From IMG/VR virus record IMGVR_UViG_2909298281_000002: a stretch of 43,281 nt of DNA, one strand, 5' to 3'. Position 1 is the first letter of the stretch; every line of letters begins with the position of its first letter. The position numbers were made by a program, and so were the translations under genes. The notes beneath the pieces are model-generated. The model saw only the letters and a list, made by a program, of their open reading frames with translations. It was not told the DNA's origin and ran no database searches. This document shows, in pieces, positions 9,532-17,499 of this stretch. This DNA is from a virus. Its lineage: Duplodnaviria > Heunggongvirae > Uroviricota > Caudoviricetes.

Positions 9532-10020
9532 ATGAGTCTTTTGAATGAAGTTCAGAAATTCATTGAAGCCCATCCGGGGTGTACTTCCGGAGACATTGCG
9601 GATGCTTTTGCAGGTTACTCACGGCAGCGCGTTCTGCAGTCAGCAAGCAAGTTACGTCAGAGTGGGCGTGTGGCTCACCGTTGTGAAGGGGATACACGCA
9701 GACATTTCCCGCGCCAGACAAAGATATCGCCGGAGGCGGAACGGCAACCAGTTCGTGAAACCAGACCTGTGCGCAATTTCTATGTCGGCACTAACGACCC
9801 GCGGGAGATTTTATGCCTGACCCGCCAGGCTGAAGAACTGGAGTCCAGGGGCTTATACCGTCGTGCTGCAACGGTGTGGATGGCGGCATTCCGTGAAAGC
9901 CACTCCCAGCCAGAACGAAACAATTTTCTGGCGCGTCGTGAGCAGTGTTTACGGAAAAGCAGCAAGCGCGCTGTATCGAGTGATGAGTGGTATCTGTCAG
10001 GGAATTACGTGGGGGCGTAA
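9532..10020 (+). CDS. PerC-like transcriptional regulator with N-terminal wHTH-like region
   Basis: 162 aa from the ATG at 9532 (AGGGGG Shine-Dalgarno). C-terminal region LYRRAATVWMAAF...RREQCL fits the PerC/Pch family signature as I recall it. No Walker motif, so not a helicase loader. Confidence 0.6.
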   Translation: MSLLNEVQKFIEAHPGCTSGDIADAFAGYSRQRVLQSASKLRQSGRVAHRCEGDTRRHFPRQTKISPEAERQPVRETRPVRNFYVGTNDPREILCLTRQAEELESRGLYRRAATVWMAAFRESHSQPERNNFLARREQCLRKSSKRAVSSDEWYLSGNYVGA

Positions 10021-10346
10021 TGACGACGTTAACTCAATGCCAGCAGCAGGTGCTGGATATGCTGATTTCTTACCAGAAAGAGCGTGGCTTTCCGCCAACC
10101 AATCAGGAGGTGGCAACCATGCTGGGATACCGTTCGGTGAATGCAGCGGTGGAGCATCTTCGCGCACTGGAGAAAAAAGGCGTCATCACGATAAAGCGTG
10201 GTGTGGCCCGGGGGATCACGCTTCATACCGCGGTGAAGGACGACGACAGCGAGGCGGTCGGGATTATCCGCTCACTGCTTGCCGGTGAGGAAAACGCAAG
10301 GCTGCGTGCAACTCACTGGTTACATGAGAGAGGCCTGAAAGTATGA
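10020..10346 (+). CDS. LexA-family DNA-binding-domain protein lacking the peptidase domain
   Basis: 108 aa from the ATG at 10020 (TAATG overlap, GGGGG upstream). Aligns by eye to LexA residues 1–90 (MTTLTQCQQQVLDML..GFPPTNQEVATMLGYRSVNAAVEHLRALEKKGVI...ARGITL) and keeps an Ala-Gly (LLAGEEN), but ends before any S24 catalytic domain. Confidence 0.75.
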   Translation: MTTLTQCQQQVLDMLISYQKERGFPPTNQEVATMLGYRSVNAAVEHLRALEKKGVITIKRGVARGITLHTAVKDDDSEAVGIIRSLLAGEENARLRATHWLHERGLKV

Positions 10347-10732
10347 AGCTGATCCTGCCTTTCCCGCCCAGCGTGAACACCTACTGGCGACACCCCAACA
10401 AAGGGGCATTTGCTGGTAAGAGCCTGATAAGCGCGGCGGGGCGAAAATTTCAGAGCGCGGCGTGCGCAGCAATAGTTGAGCAGTTACGTCGTCTGCCAAA
10501 ACCAACGTCGGCACCTGCTTCAGTGGAGATCGTGTTGTTTCCTCCGGATAACCGGATCCGCGATCTGGACAACTATAACAAGGCGCTGTTTGACGCCCTG
10601 ACCCACGCGGGTGTGTGGGAAGACGACAGCCAGGTGAAAAGAATGCTGGTGGAGTGGGGACCGGTTATCCCGGAAGGGAAGGTCGAGATCACTATCAGTA
10701 AGTACGAGAAAACGGCGGGTGCAGCCGCCTGA
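10343..10732 (+). CDS. rusA: Holliday-junction resolvase RusA
   Basis: 129 aa; RusA-family pattern (PPSVNTYWRH ... RDLDNYNKALFDALTHAGVWEDDSQV); usual position between the replication genes and Q. Confidence 0.9.
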   Translation: MKLILPFPPSVNTYWRHPNKGAFAGKSLISAAGRKFQSAACAAIVEQLRRLPKPTSAPASVEIVLFPPDNRIRDLDNYNKALFDALTHAGVWEDDSQVKRMLVEWGPVIPEGKVEITISKYEKTAGAAA

Positions 10733-10751
10733 TTAAGAGGAGAAACGAAGT

Positions 10752-11549
10752 ATGAATAATCTGATGGTTATTGATGGTATTGAAGTTCGTCGTGATGCTT
10801 ATGGGCGTTACAGCCTGAACGATCTGCACAGGGCTGCTGGTTCTCTGGATAAGCATAAGCCTGCATTCTGGCTCCGCAATGAGCAAACTGAACGTTTAAT
10901 AAGCGAGTTGCAGATTTGCAACTCGGTCAATATAGAACCAGTTAACGTTATTCGTGGCGGAAATAACCAGGGGACGTATGTCTGCAAAGAACTGGTGTAT
11001 GCCTATGCAATGTGGATCAGCCCGTCATTCCATCTGAAGGTGATCCGTACTTTCGACATGGTAACCAGTGCACCGGAAAAATTATCCGGACAGGCTGCTG
11101 ACAAGATGCAGGCTGGTGTGATTCTGCTGGACTTTATGCGCCGGGAATTAAACCTGTCTAACTCTTCAGTGCTTGGAGCCTGTCAGAAACTCCAGGAGGC
11201 TGTTGGCTTACCGAATCTGGCACCGCGCTATGCCATTGATGCTCCTGCTGACGCGCCTGATGGCTCAAGCCGCCCCACGCTGTCACTGAGTGCACTGCTG
11301 AAGCAGTATGGTATCCGCCTGACAGCTAATCAGGCATATCACCAGATGGTGAAGCTGGGGATCGTCGAGCAGCGCGAACGATACAGTCGTACCGCGATTA
11401 ACAACATCAAAAAATTCTGGTCGCTGACAGCGAAAGGCTGCATGTTCGGCAAGAACATCACCAGTCCCGCAAATCCGCGCGAGACGCAGCCGCATTTCTT
11501 CGAATCCCGATTCCCTGAGCTGTTAAAGCTGCTCGATACCGTACATTGA
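10752..11549 (+). CDS. KilA-N domain protein (antirepressor-like)
   Basis: 265 aa with N-terminal KilA-N-like region (IDGIEVRRDAYGRYSLNDLHRAAG...KPAFWLRNEQTERLISEL); AAGAGGAG Shine-Dalgarno. Confidence 0.8.
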   Translation: MNNLMVIDGIEVRRDAYGRYSLNDLHRAAGSLDKHKPAFWLRNEQTERLISELQICNSVNIEPVNVIRGGNNQGTYVCKELVYAYAMWISPSFHLKVIRTFDMVTSAPEKLSGQAADKMQAGVILLDFMRRELNLSNSSVLGACQKLQEAVGLPNLAPRYAIDAPADAPDGSSRPTLSLSALLKQYGIRLTANQAYHQMVKLGIVEQRERYSRTAINNIKKFWSLTAKGCMFGKNITSPANPRETQPHFFESRFPELLKLLDTVH

Positions 11550-11556
11550 GGTGATC

Positions 11557-12546
11557 GTGAGAGCACTACTGACCCCTGAAATTGCCCCGCGTATGGGGAT
11601 CGTATTGTTCAGACCAGGTTCAGAGCTGATGCCCCTATTTATGCAGGGGCGTGTCCTGCTGGAGCCTGAGCCGGAACGTTATTCATCTTTCGCCAGTGGT
11701 GCCGTTCCGGCGGCATCACAACCGCTGGCGGATGATCCTGCCGTTCGGGCCGTGTTCCGCAATGAGGCAGTGATCCGTCGTGCTGGTGGCGTGGAATGTC
11801 TTGAAAGCTGGTTACTTCGTGAAAAAGGCTGTCAGTGGCCTCATTCCGACTGGCACAGCGAGAACATGACCACAATGCGACATGCTCCGGGCGCAATCCG
11901 TCTGTGCTGGCACTGCGATAACCAGCTGCGCGATCAATTCACGGAACGGCTGGAATCAATGGCAACGGATAACTGTGCCCGCTGGGTGTTGTCTGTCGTG
12001 CGTCGGGATCTCGGTTTTGATGATAGTCACGTTGTGACAATGCCGGAACTGTGCTGGTGGCTGATTCGTAATGACCTGGCGGATGCCTTACCGGAAAGTG
12101 CAGCCCGTAAGGCACTTAGATTACCGAAGCCTGTTGTGCCGTCTGCTACCCGGGAAAGTGACCTTGTGCCTTCGGTTCCTGCCACCAGCATCATCCAGGA
12201 TAAAGCGAAAAAGGTGCTGGCGCTGAAAGTGGATCCTGAGTCGCCGGAGTCTTTTATGTTACGCCCAAAACGTCGCCGCTGGGTTAATGAAAAGTACACG
12301 CGCTGGGTTAAGACACAGCCGTGTGCATGTTGTGGAAAGCCCGCTGATGATCCCCACCACCTGATAGGTCACGGTCAGGGTGGAATGGGTACAAAAGCGC
12401 ATGATCTCTTTGTGTTGCCTTTGTGCAGAAAGCATCACGACGAGCTGCATGCGGATACCGTGGCATTTGAAGAGAAGTATGGCTCCCAGCTGGAGCTGAT
12501 ATTTCGTTTTATCGATCGTGCGCTGGCAATTGGCGTGCTGGCCTGA
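11557..12546 (+). CDS. DUF968-domain protein (YdfU-like, Cys/His-rich C-terminus)
   Basis: C-terminal CACCGK...HHLIGHGQGG...CRKHHDELH motif typical of DUF968 proteins. Start uncertain: GTG at 11557 has GAGG 6 nt upstream; the track uses GTG at 11551. Confidence 0.75.
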   Translation: MRALLTPEIAPRMGIVLFRPGSELMPLFMQGRVLLEPEPERYSSFASGAVPAASQPLADDPAVRAVFRNEAVIRRAGGVECLESWLLREKGCQWPHSDWHSENMTTMRHAPGAIRLCWHCDNQLRDQFTERLESMATDNCARWVLSVVRRDLGFDDSHVVTMPELCWWLIRNDLADALPESAARKALRLPKPVVPSATRESDLVPSVPATSIIQDKAKKVLALKVDPESPESFMLRPKRRRWVNEKYTRWVKTQPCACCGKPADDPHHLIGHGQGGMGTKAHDLFVLPLCRKHHDELHADTVAFEEKYGSQLELIFRFIDRALAIGVLA

Positions 12547-12575
12547 TTTTGTGGAGAATTTTGTGGAGAAGGTTG

Positions 12576-12926
12576 ATGCGTGATATGTATGAAGTATTGG
12601 ACCTCTGGGGAGCATGGGCTGCAGCAGATAACAGTGGTGTGGACTGGCAGCCTGTTGCTGCAGGGTTTAAAGGTTTACTACCTCATGGAAAGAAAACACG
12701 CCAACAATGCGATGATGATGAAGGAATCATGATTGACAGCTGTGTTGCGCGATTGCGGAAATATAAGCCAGAAGAATATGAACTGATCATTGCTCACTTT
12801 GTTATCGGTATTTCACTCCGTTCAATAGCAAAGAAACGGAAATGCTCTGACGGGTCAATCAGAAAACAACTTCAAGCAGCAATAGGAGTGATTGAAGGTA
12901 TTTTGTTGATTATTAAGCCCCTGTAG
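12576..12926 (+). CDS. late-gene antiterminator Q (QuuD-like)
   Basis: 116 aa from the ATG at 12576 (GGAGAAGG Shine-Dalgarno); LDLWGAWAAADNSGVDWQPVAAGFKGL...CDDDEG pattern matches the DLP12 QuuD-type family as recalled. Confidence 0.85.
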   Translation: MRDMYEVLDLWGAWAAADNSGVDWQPVAAGFKGLLPHGKKTRQQCDDDEGIMIDSCVARLRKYKPEEYELIIAHFVIGISLRSIAKKRKCSDGSIRKQLQAAIGVIEGILLIIKPL

Positions 12927-12934
12927 GGCTTAAT
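12912..12934. terminator. convergent-gene hairpin ATTAAGCCC-ctgta-GGGCTTAAT spanning the stops of Q and the cassette membrane gene
   Basis: Perfect 9-bp inverted repeat seen directly; no U-run on either side, so terminator function is uncertain. Confidence 0.35.
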
Positions 12935-13514
12935 AATTCATATGAATTCTGTTTCCGAGATAATATAATCCAAAGAAAGTTGATACTAAGAGTTGCCAAA
13001 CGAGGAAAGTAAATACAACAGTATAAACCATTAAAACAATACTGTTTTGATAGACATTGATTAATGGTGAAAATATAGCATTAAGTATTATTATAACAAT
13101 GCTTAATGCTGTTAAAAAAGAGAATAGCATGCAAAGAAATAAGCGTCTGGTCAGAACCTCCTCTGAATTTACTACTTTTCCATTTTCTTTTGTTACTTTT
13201 ATTTCAATAGAGGCATTTCTTTCATTGCTAATCAATGGTAAATCAATCTCAGCTCTATTGAAAGTTGCTATGGCGGCCAGAGCGGCAATATAAAACCCTG
13301 GTAGGTTAGAGATAAATGAAACGATTGATTTAATGAAACCATTGTCATCAAATAAATCTTTGACAGGGATTTTTAATAGAATGAAAAGTACTGCTGTGAT
13401 AGAAGTAAGTAGAATTGGTGCTACCCAATCATATGCAGCTTTGCCGCTAATACCTTTAATAAAAAGATATCCAAACGGCTTGCCTAGATGAGAGAAAACT
13501 GAAAGTATTGGCAT
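12930..13514 (-). CDS. predicted four-helix integral membrane protein (second gene of the accessory cassette)
   Basis: 194 aa; ATG with GAGG 8 nt upstream, 7 nt after the upstream stop; four hydrophobic segments (about residues 25–47, 60–85, 125–150, 155–185); about 30% GC against about 50% for the flanking phage DNA. Confidence 0.8.
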   Translation of the reverse strand: MPILSVFSHLGKPFGYLFIKGISGKAAYDWVAPILLTSITAVLFILLKIPVKDLFDDNGFIKSIVSFISNLPGFYIAALAAIATFNRAEIDLPLISNERNASIEIKVTKENGKVVNSEEVLTRRLFLCMLFSFLTALSIVIIILNAIFSPLINVYQNSIVLMVYTVVFTFLVWQLLVSTFFGLYYLGNRIHMNY

Positions 13515-13521
13515 AATAACC

Positions 13522-14544
13522 TCACATCAAATCTATCATTTTCACAACAAACTCTAGTTCAATTTTAACATATGAATCCTTCAGGCGCGAATTAAAGTTA
13601 TCGATAATGCTTTTCTTAATAAATGTTTTTTCTAAATTATTAAGATTGATGTTTGAGGTTTTGAAATCAACCTGCCTTGGTTTATTTGTTTCAGGATCTT
13701 GGAATTTAACCTTTAATTTATCATAACCACCATTCATTTTTTTATTGAAATGAGATGCTACATTTTTAATCCATCCAATAACATTGTCACCATGATTTGG
13801 AAGTAATTTTAATGTACTTTCAGTCGGAATGTAAGGTGAATTAACATCAGGAGCATTAATTGTTCCGAATTGATCCTTGACTAATATGACATCTGATAAT
13901 CCTTTTTGGCTTATTTTATTAAAAAGCTCCTTGTCTAACATTCCTGTAAATTCAAATATTGGTTTGTATCGTATTTTTACTTCTTTTTTTGATGTTGTAG
14001 AAATAACGTTAGTTGGATGTTTTGCGGTAAATAAGTCTTCATTGTCTTTCGCTACTTCAAAGAGAATTTTGTCTAAAAAACTATTTAACCGGGCCGTAGA
14101 TACACCTGGGGTAGATGTACAAATCATATCATAGGTTCTTTTATTTCCATTTAATGATATGACAACATAGGTAGAAACTTCATAGCCTTCACCTTGTTCA
14201 TATTTTGGTTGGATTTCAACGCGTTCATTAGTATTTGTATTTTTTACAACGGTAGTACTTCCATTTTTATCAACACTATTAATAAGAAGGACAATATGCG
14301 TGGGTGAGTTATCTGGAAGTAAAGGATAAAGTTGTACATCTTGGAGAGTAACTACAATATTCCCAGAATCATATGAATGAACGAGTCCCTTTTGTTTAAC
14401 AATCAATGGGGCAAGCATGTACATTTCCGGAACAGGACATATACACTGGGCTTTTACCTCTTGTGTTGCCTTGGTTCTAAACTTTGTGTCAATGGTCAGA
14501 CTATGATGAGTAACGAGTCTTTCGCTAGCATTTAATTTTGCCAT
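13522..14544 (-). CDS. hypothetical soluble protein (first gene of the accessory cassette), no recognisable domain
   Basis: 340-aa ORF, ATG at 14544; no Walker, HxD or nuclease motif seen; Lys/Asn-rich and AT-rich codon usage; tightly coupled to the downstream membrane gene. Confidence 0.8.
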   Translation of the reverse strand: MAKLNASERLVTHHSLTIDTKFRTKATQEVKAQCICPVPEMYMLAPLIVKQKGLVHSYDSGNIVVTLQDVQLYPLLPDNSPTHIVLLINSVDKNGSTTVVKNTNTNERVEIQPKYEQGEGYEVSTYVVISLNGNKRTYDMICTSTPGVSTARLNSFLDKILFEVAKDNEDLFTAKHPTNVISTTSKKEVKIRYKPIFEFTGMLDKELFNKISQKGLSDVILVKDQFGTINAPDVNSPYIPTESTLKLLPNHGDNVIGWIKNVASHFNKKMNGGYDKLKVKFQDPETNKPRQVDFKTSNINLNNLEKTFIKKSIIDNFNSRLKDSYVKIELEFVVKMIDLM

Positions 14545-14581
14545 GAAATCATCCGATTATGATTTTTCGATTTATTTGTTA

Positions 14582-14610
14582 ATCTTACAAAAACGCTAAC
14601 GCGTACGCAA
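14582..14610 (-). promoter_or_regulatory. candidate sigma70 promoter for the accessory cassette
   Basis: Minus strand TTGCGT (plus 14605–14610), 17-nt spacer, TAAGAT (plus 14582–14587), about 35 nt upstream of the 340-aa gene start. Confidence 0.35.
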
Positions 14611-14655
14611 AAATTATTGTATCGTGTTAAGAGTGGTTACTTCGCCACACAGCTT

Positions 14656-14685
14656 AAACCCGCCGTCGAGCGGGTTTTGTCGTTT
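14656..14685 (+). terminator. tR'-like intrinsic terminator in the late leader (PR'/qut expected just upstream)
   Basis: AAACCCGC-cgtcga-GCGGGTTT hairpin followed by TGTCGTTTCT, about 145 nt upstream of the holin; analogous to the lambda 6S terminator that Q overrides. No PR' hexamers could be pinned. Confidence 0.5.
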
Positions 14686-14829
14686 CTGGGGCTGGGGATT
14701 CGTTGGTCCTGGTCTATTCCGCAGTTATCCATTGGTTCGGCTTCTTTGACGTTTCCGCTTCTAATTTGCTGTACATGATGTTCCCTCAATTTGCACCTGC
14801 TGTATCAGCGAGGTGAGAGATAACTACAA

Positions 14830-15156
14830 ATGCCTCATAACCCAAATACCTGGCTGGAGTTGTTCCAGAGCTGGTGGTGTGGAGACACACCGCTGGGCGC
14901 AGTGATTATGTCGATCGTTATGGCTGGCTTGCGCATTGCCTATTTTGGCGGTGGTGGTGGCTGGAAACGAAAAACGCTCGAGATTTTGCTCTGTGGTGCT
15001 CTGACGCTGACTTTTGCATCCGCTCTTGAGTATGTCGGATGGCCTAAATCTCTTTCTGTTGCCATTGGTGGCGGCGTTGGGCTGATCGGGGTCGATGCTA
15101 TTCGTGGGGCTGCAATGAGAGTAATCGGTAATAAGTTTGGTGGCTCTAAGGAGTAA
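14830..15156 (+). CDS. holin (lambda S family)
   Basis: 108 aa with three hydrophobic segments and a charged C-terminus; first gene of the lysis cassette, directly upstream of the endolysin. Confidence 0.85.
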   Translation: MPHNPNTWLELFQSWWCGDTPLGAVIMSIVMAGLRIAYFGGGGGWKRKTLEILLCGALTLTFASALEYVGWPKSLSVAIGGGVGLIGVDAIRGAAMRVIGNKFGGSKE

Positions 15157-15159
15157 TTT

Positions 15160-15636
15160 ATGCAGGTACTAAATTCCCAGCGTAAAGCTTTCCTGGATAT
15201 GGTGGCATGGTCAGAGGGAACGGATAACGGGCGACAACCGACACGTAACCACGGTTATGACGTTATTGTCGGTGGAGAACTCTTCACTGATTACTCCGAT
15301 CACCCTCGCAAGCTTGTCACGCTAAACCCGAAACTCAAATCAACAGCTGCAGGCCGTTATCAACTTCTTTCGCGCTGGTGGGATGCTTACCGCAAGCAGT
15401 TAGGGCTGACAGACTTCTCTCCTAAAAGCCAGGATGCTGTTGCATTACAGCAGATTAAAGAGCGTGGCGCTTTACCGATGATTGATCGCGGCGATATTCG
15501 TCAGGCTATCGATCGTTGCAGCAATATCTGGGCGTCGTTACCTGGTGCAGGTTACGGTCAGTATGAACATAAAATCGGTGACCTGATTTCCCGGTTTAAA
15601 GAGGCTGGTGGGGTGGTAAATGAAGTTGAGCTATAA
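15160..15636 (+). CDS. R: endolysin (lambda R-type lytic transglycosylase)
   Basis: 158 aa, near-identical to lambda R as recalled (QRKAFLDM.AWSEGTDNGRQ.TRNHGYDVIVGGELFTDYSDHPRKLVTLNPKLKST); AAGGAG Shine-Dalgarno. Confidence 0.95.
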   Translation: MQVLNSQRKAFLDMVAWSEGTDNGRQPTRNHGYDVIVGGELFTDYSDHPRKLVTLNPKLKSTAAGRYQLLSRWWDAYRKQLGLTDFSPKSQDAVALQQIKERGALPMIDRGDIRQAIDRCSNIWASLPGAGYGQYEHKIGDLISRFKEAGGVVNEVEL

Positions 15637-16012
15637 GCTGGTTATCGCTGCATTCTTCTTTACTGTCATCGGTTCTTTCATCTGGTCTGCCAACCACTAC
15701 TACAGCAAATATCAGCACGAAAAGAAACATGCTGATGAGGCTGTACAAAATGCTGAATCTGCAACAGCCATTACCCGTAACGTCCTGCAATCACTGCAAA
15801 TCGTCAATACAGTTATAGAGGTTAACCAGCATGCAAAACAGCAGATCGCACTGGAGTCACAGAGAACCCAGAAAGATATCAAAGTGGCTGTTGCGGATGA
15901 TGATTGTGCTGCACGCCTTGTGCCTGCTGCCGCTGCTGAGCGGTTGCGGAAGTACGCGGACAGTTTACGTACAAGTTCCGGCAGTACCACTCCCGACGAA
16001 TCTGATCGCTGA
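15620..16012 (+). CDS. i-spanin (Rz-like)
   Basis: 130 aa with an N-terminal transmembrane helix and a charged periplasmic domain; overlaps the endolysin end and contains the Rz1 start in another frame. Confidence 0.8.
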   Translation: MKLSYKLVIAAFFFTVIGSFIWSANHYYSKYQHEKKHADEAVQNAESATAITRNVLQSLQIVNTVIEVNQHAKQQIALESQRTQKDIKVAVADDDCAARLVPAAAAERLRKYADSLRTSSGSTTPDESDR

Positions 16013-16154
16013 AACCTCGCAACCAGTTATTCCTGAGCCGCTGACTTTTGAGGGCAGCCTAGATTTGAACGTTAGTCTGTTATCGGCGTTGGGTCAATGT
16101 AACCTTGACAAGGCTAGCATCAGACGGATTGAACAATCACGATTCTCACAATAG
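15897..16154 (+). CDS. o-spanin lipoprotein (Rz1-like)
   Basis: Starts inside Rz in another frame; signal peptide with lipobox (MMIVLHALCLLPLLSGC) and a proline-rich mature region. The track ATG at 15831 would add a hydrophilic extension atypical of a signal peptide. Confidence 0.7.
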   Translation: MMIVLHALCLLPLLSGCGSTRTVYVQVPAVPLPTNLIAETSQPVIPEPLTFEGSLDLNVSLLSALGQCNLDKASIRRIEQSRFSQ

Positions 16155-16330
16155 CGAGTTTTTATCATAAGAAAGGTGCTTTTCACTAAATCCCTGCATT
16201 TGAAGCTGAAGATGGAAAGAAACGCTACTGGGTATACTACTACTGGTCGCTTATTCTGAATCAGAAGAGAACGGCGTCCTTCAGCTCGAAGAGTCGGCTA
16301 TAAACAGGCACTTTGGGTGCCTGTTAATGA

Positions 16331-16726
16331 TTAGTCCTGCATGAATCTCTCTCTTTCTATTTCATAACCGTCGCTTTCTTCTCGGCAGTTTTGACATAAG
16401 AGATCTCCATAGTAACCTTGTAAGTTATAAGCTTCTTCTAGCTCATAGCCAGAGATAACCTTAGAGCAACCGTTATGGTGCCCGCCTGGATTTCTAACAC
16501 CACCACATGGGTGAGAAAGGAAAGGTTGCAATACCCTCTTTTGCGGTGCAGAAAGACTATCAAATCCTTTGGTTACAGCTAACTTAGCGATTCCACTAAC
16601 TTTGCCATCTTCATGATAAAATGCGTCACAATTAAGCATTGTATTGAGTAATGATTCTACTTCGTCAGACACTGGAAATACCTCTCTATAAACAAAAGTA
16701 ATAGCTATCACACAAAGTTTAAGCAC
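16331..16726 (-). CDS. hypothetical Cys/His-rich protein (YbcV-like by position)
   Basis: ORF in an AT-rich island after the lysis genes; C-terminal C-x8-HH-x2-C ... C-x2-C cluster. Start uncertain: GTG at 16726 (131 aa) or ATG at 16639 (102 aa), neither with a clear Shine-Dalgarno. Confidence 0.55.
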   Translation of the reverse strand: MLKLCVIAITFVYREVFPVSDEVESLLNTMLNCDAFYHEDGKVSGIAKLAVTKGFDSLSAPQKRVLQPFLSHPCGGVRNPGGHHNGCSKVISGYELEEAYNLQGYYGDLLCQNCREESDGYEIERERFMQD

Positions 16727-16844
16727 ATAAACTAAAATAAATCAAAATGTTAATGATAATCGTATAGTAAAAAGAAAAGGCTGAAGTAGCCGAGAGGTAG
16801 CAATAGCAGGTTAAGGCAGGCACTTAGTAAGTGCCTGCCACTGG

Positions 16845-17054
16845 TTAGTAACAAGATGGTGTATTGTTGAATCTGTAAGAGAGGCGAACTATTTCAGAAA
16901 CCCCTTTTCGGTTTAACAATCGCCTTATATTCTCTGGATTTTTGTAAATAAAAGGATTCCTTAGATCCTCGAACACTCCTCCTGCAATGCAAATCAAATA
17001 TTCCAGATCTTCTTGTGTTGGTAAGGTTGAAAGTTTGTTATTTGCATTATTCAT
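16845..17054 (-). CDS. hypothetical small protein (YbcW-like)
   Basis: 69 aa from the ATG at 17054 with AGGAG 9 nt upstream (MNNANNKLSTLPTQEDLEYLICIAGGVFEDLRNPF...); resembles DLP12 YbcW as recalled. Confidence 0.6.
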   Translation of the reverse strand: MNNANNKLSTLPTQEDLEYLICIAGGVFEDLRNPFIYKNPENIRRLLNRKGVSEIVRLSYRFNNTPSCY

Positions 17055-17175
17055 TTTACAGCTCCTAATTATTGCCGTTATTGGCGTGGTGCATGATAGG
17101 AAGTTTGTGATTTTTAACGGTAGCTGGGGCAAGCTTTTTGTGAATCCTATGCACATCATCAAATCGAGTTTTTTA

Positions 17176-17451
17176 ATGCCACAACGAACCCCAAAAGCCT
17201 GCCGTGTTCGCGGCTGCCGCCATACCACTACTGACCCGTCAGGCTACTGCGAAAGCCACAAAAGCGAAGGCTGGAAGCAATACAAGCCAGGCCAGTCCCG
17301 ACACCAGCGCGGTTATGGTTCGCGGGGTTGTCCCTCATGCTCGCCAGTCCTGTGCGGGGGTGGAAGAAACAGGACACTCACACAGATTCTTGTAGGTCGA
17401 TGCTATTCCTTTCTGGATTATCCCGATGCCATTCATGCAAGGGCTGTATAA
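17176..17451 (+). CDS. Cys-rich ORF resembling the N-terminal zinc-binding part of cos-phage HNH endonucleases; no H-N-H motif
   Basis: MPQRTPKACRVRGCRHTTTDPSGYCESHKSEGWKQ...HQRGYGS resembles the start of HK97 gp74-type HNH proteins as recalled, but no HNH catalytic motif follows in any frame. No Shine-Dalgarno. May be a remnant. Confidence 0.3.
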   Translation: MPQRTPKACRVRGCRHTTTDPSGYCESHKSEGWKQYKPGQSRHQRGYGSRGCPSCSPVLCGGGRNRTLTQILVGRCYSFLDYPDAIHARAV

Positions 17452-17499
17452 GACGTTCGTCATGGCTGTCAGGCTGACGGGTCCTCCCGGTGGGGTGGC

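Noticed and set aside
12930-14544. Assigning the Q–S cassette to Kiwa (KwaA/KwaB) or RexA/RexB.
   Set aside because: Kiwa has the membrane gene first, whereas here the soluble gene is first. The order matches RexA/RexB but sizes differ (340 and 194 aa against 279 and 144 aa) and I see no sequence similarity. Only the architectural analogy is retained.
16987-17175. 5' part of the 154-aa track ORF overlapping the YbcW-like gene on the opposite strand.
   Set aside because: The hydrophobic N-terminal extension overlaps a better-supported minus-strand gene that has a Shine-Dalgarno; only the Cys-rich part from 17176 shows any resemblance to a known protein.
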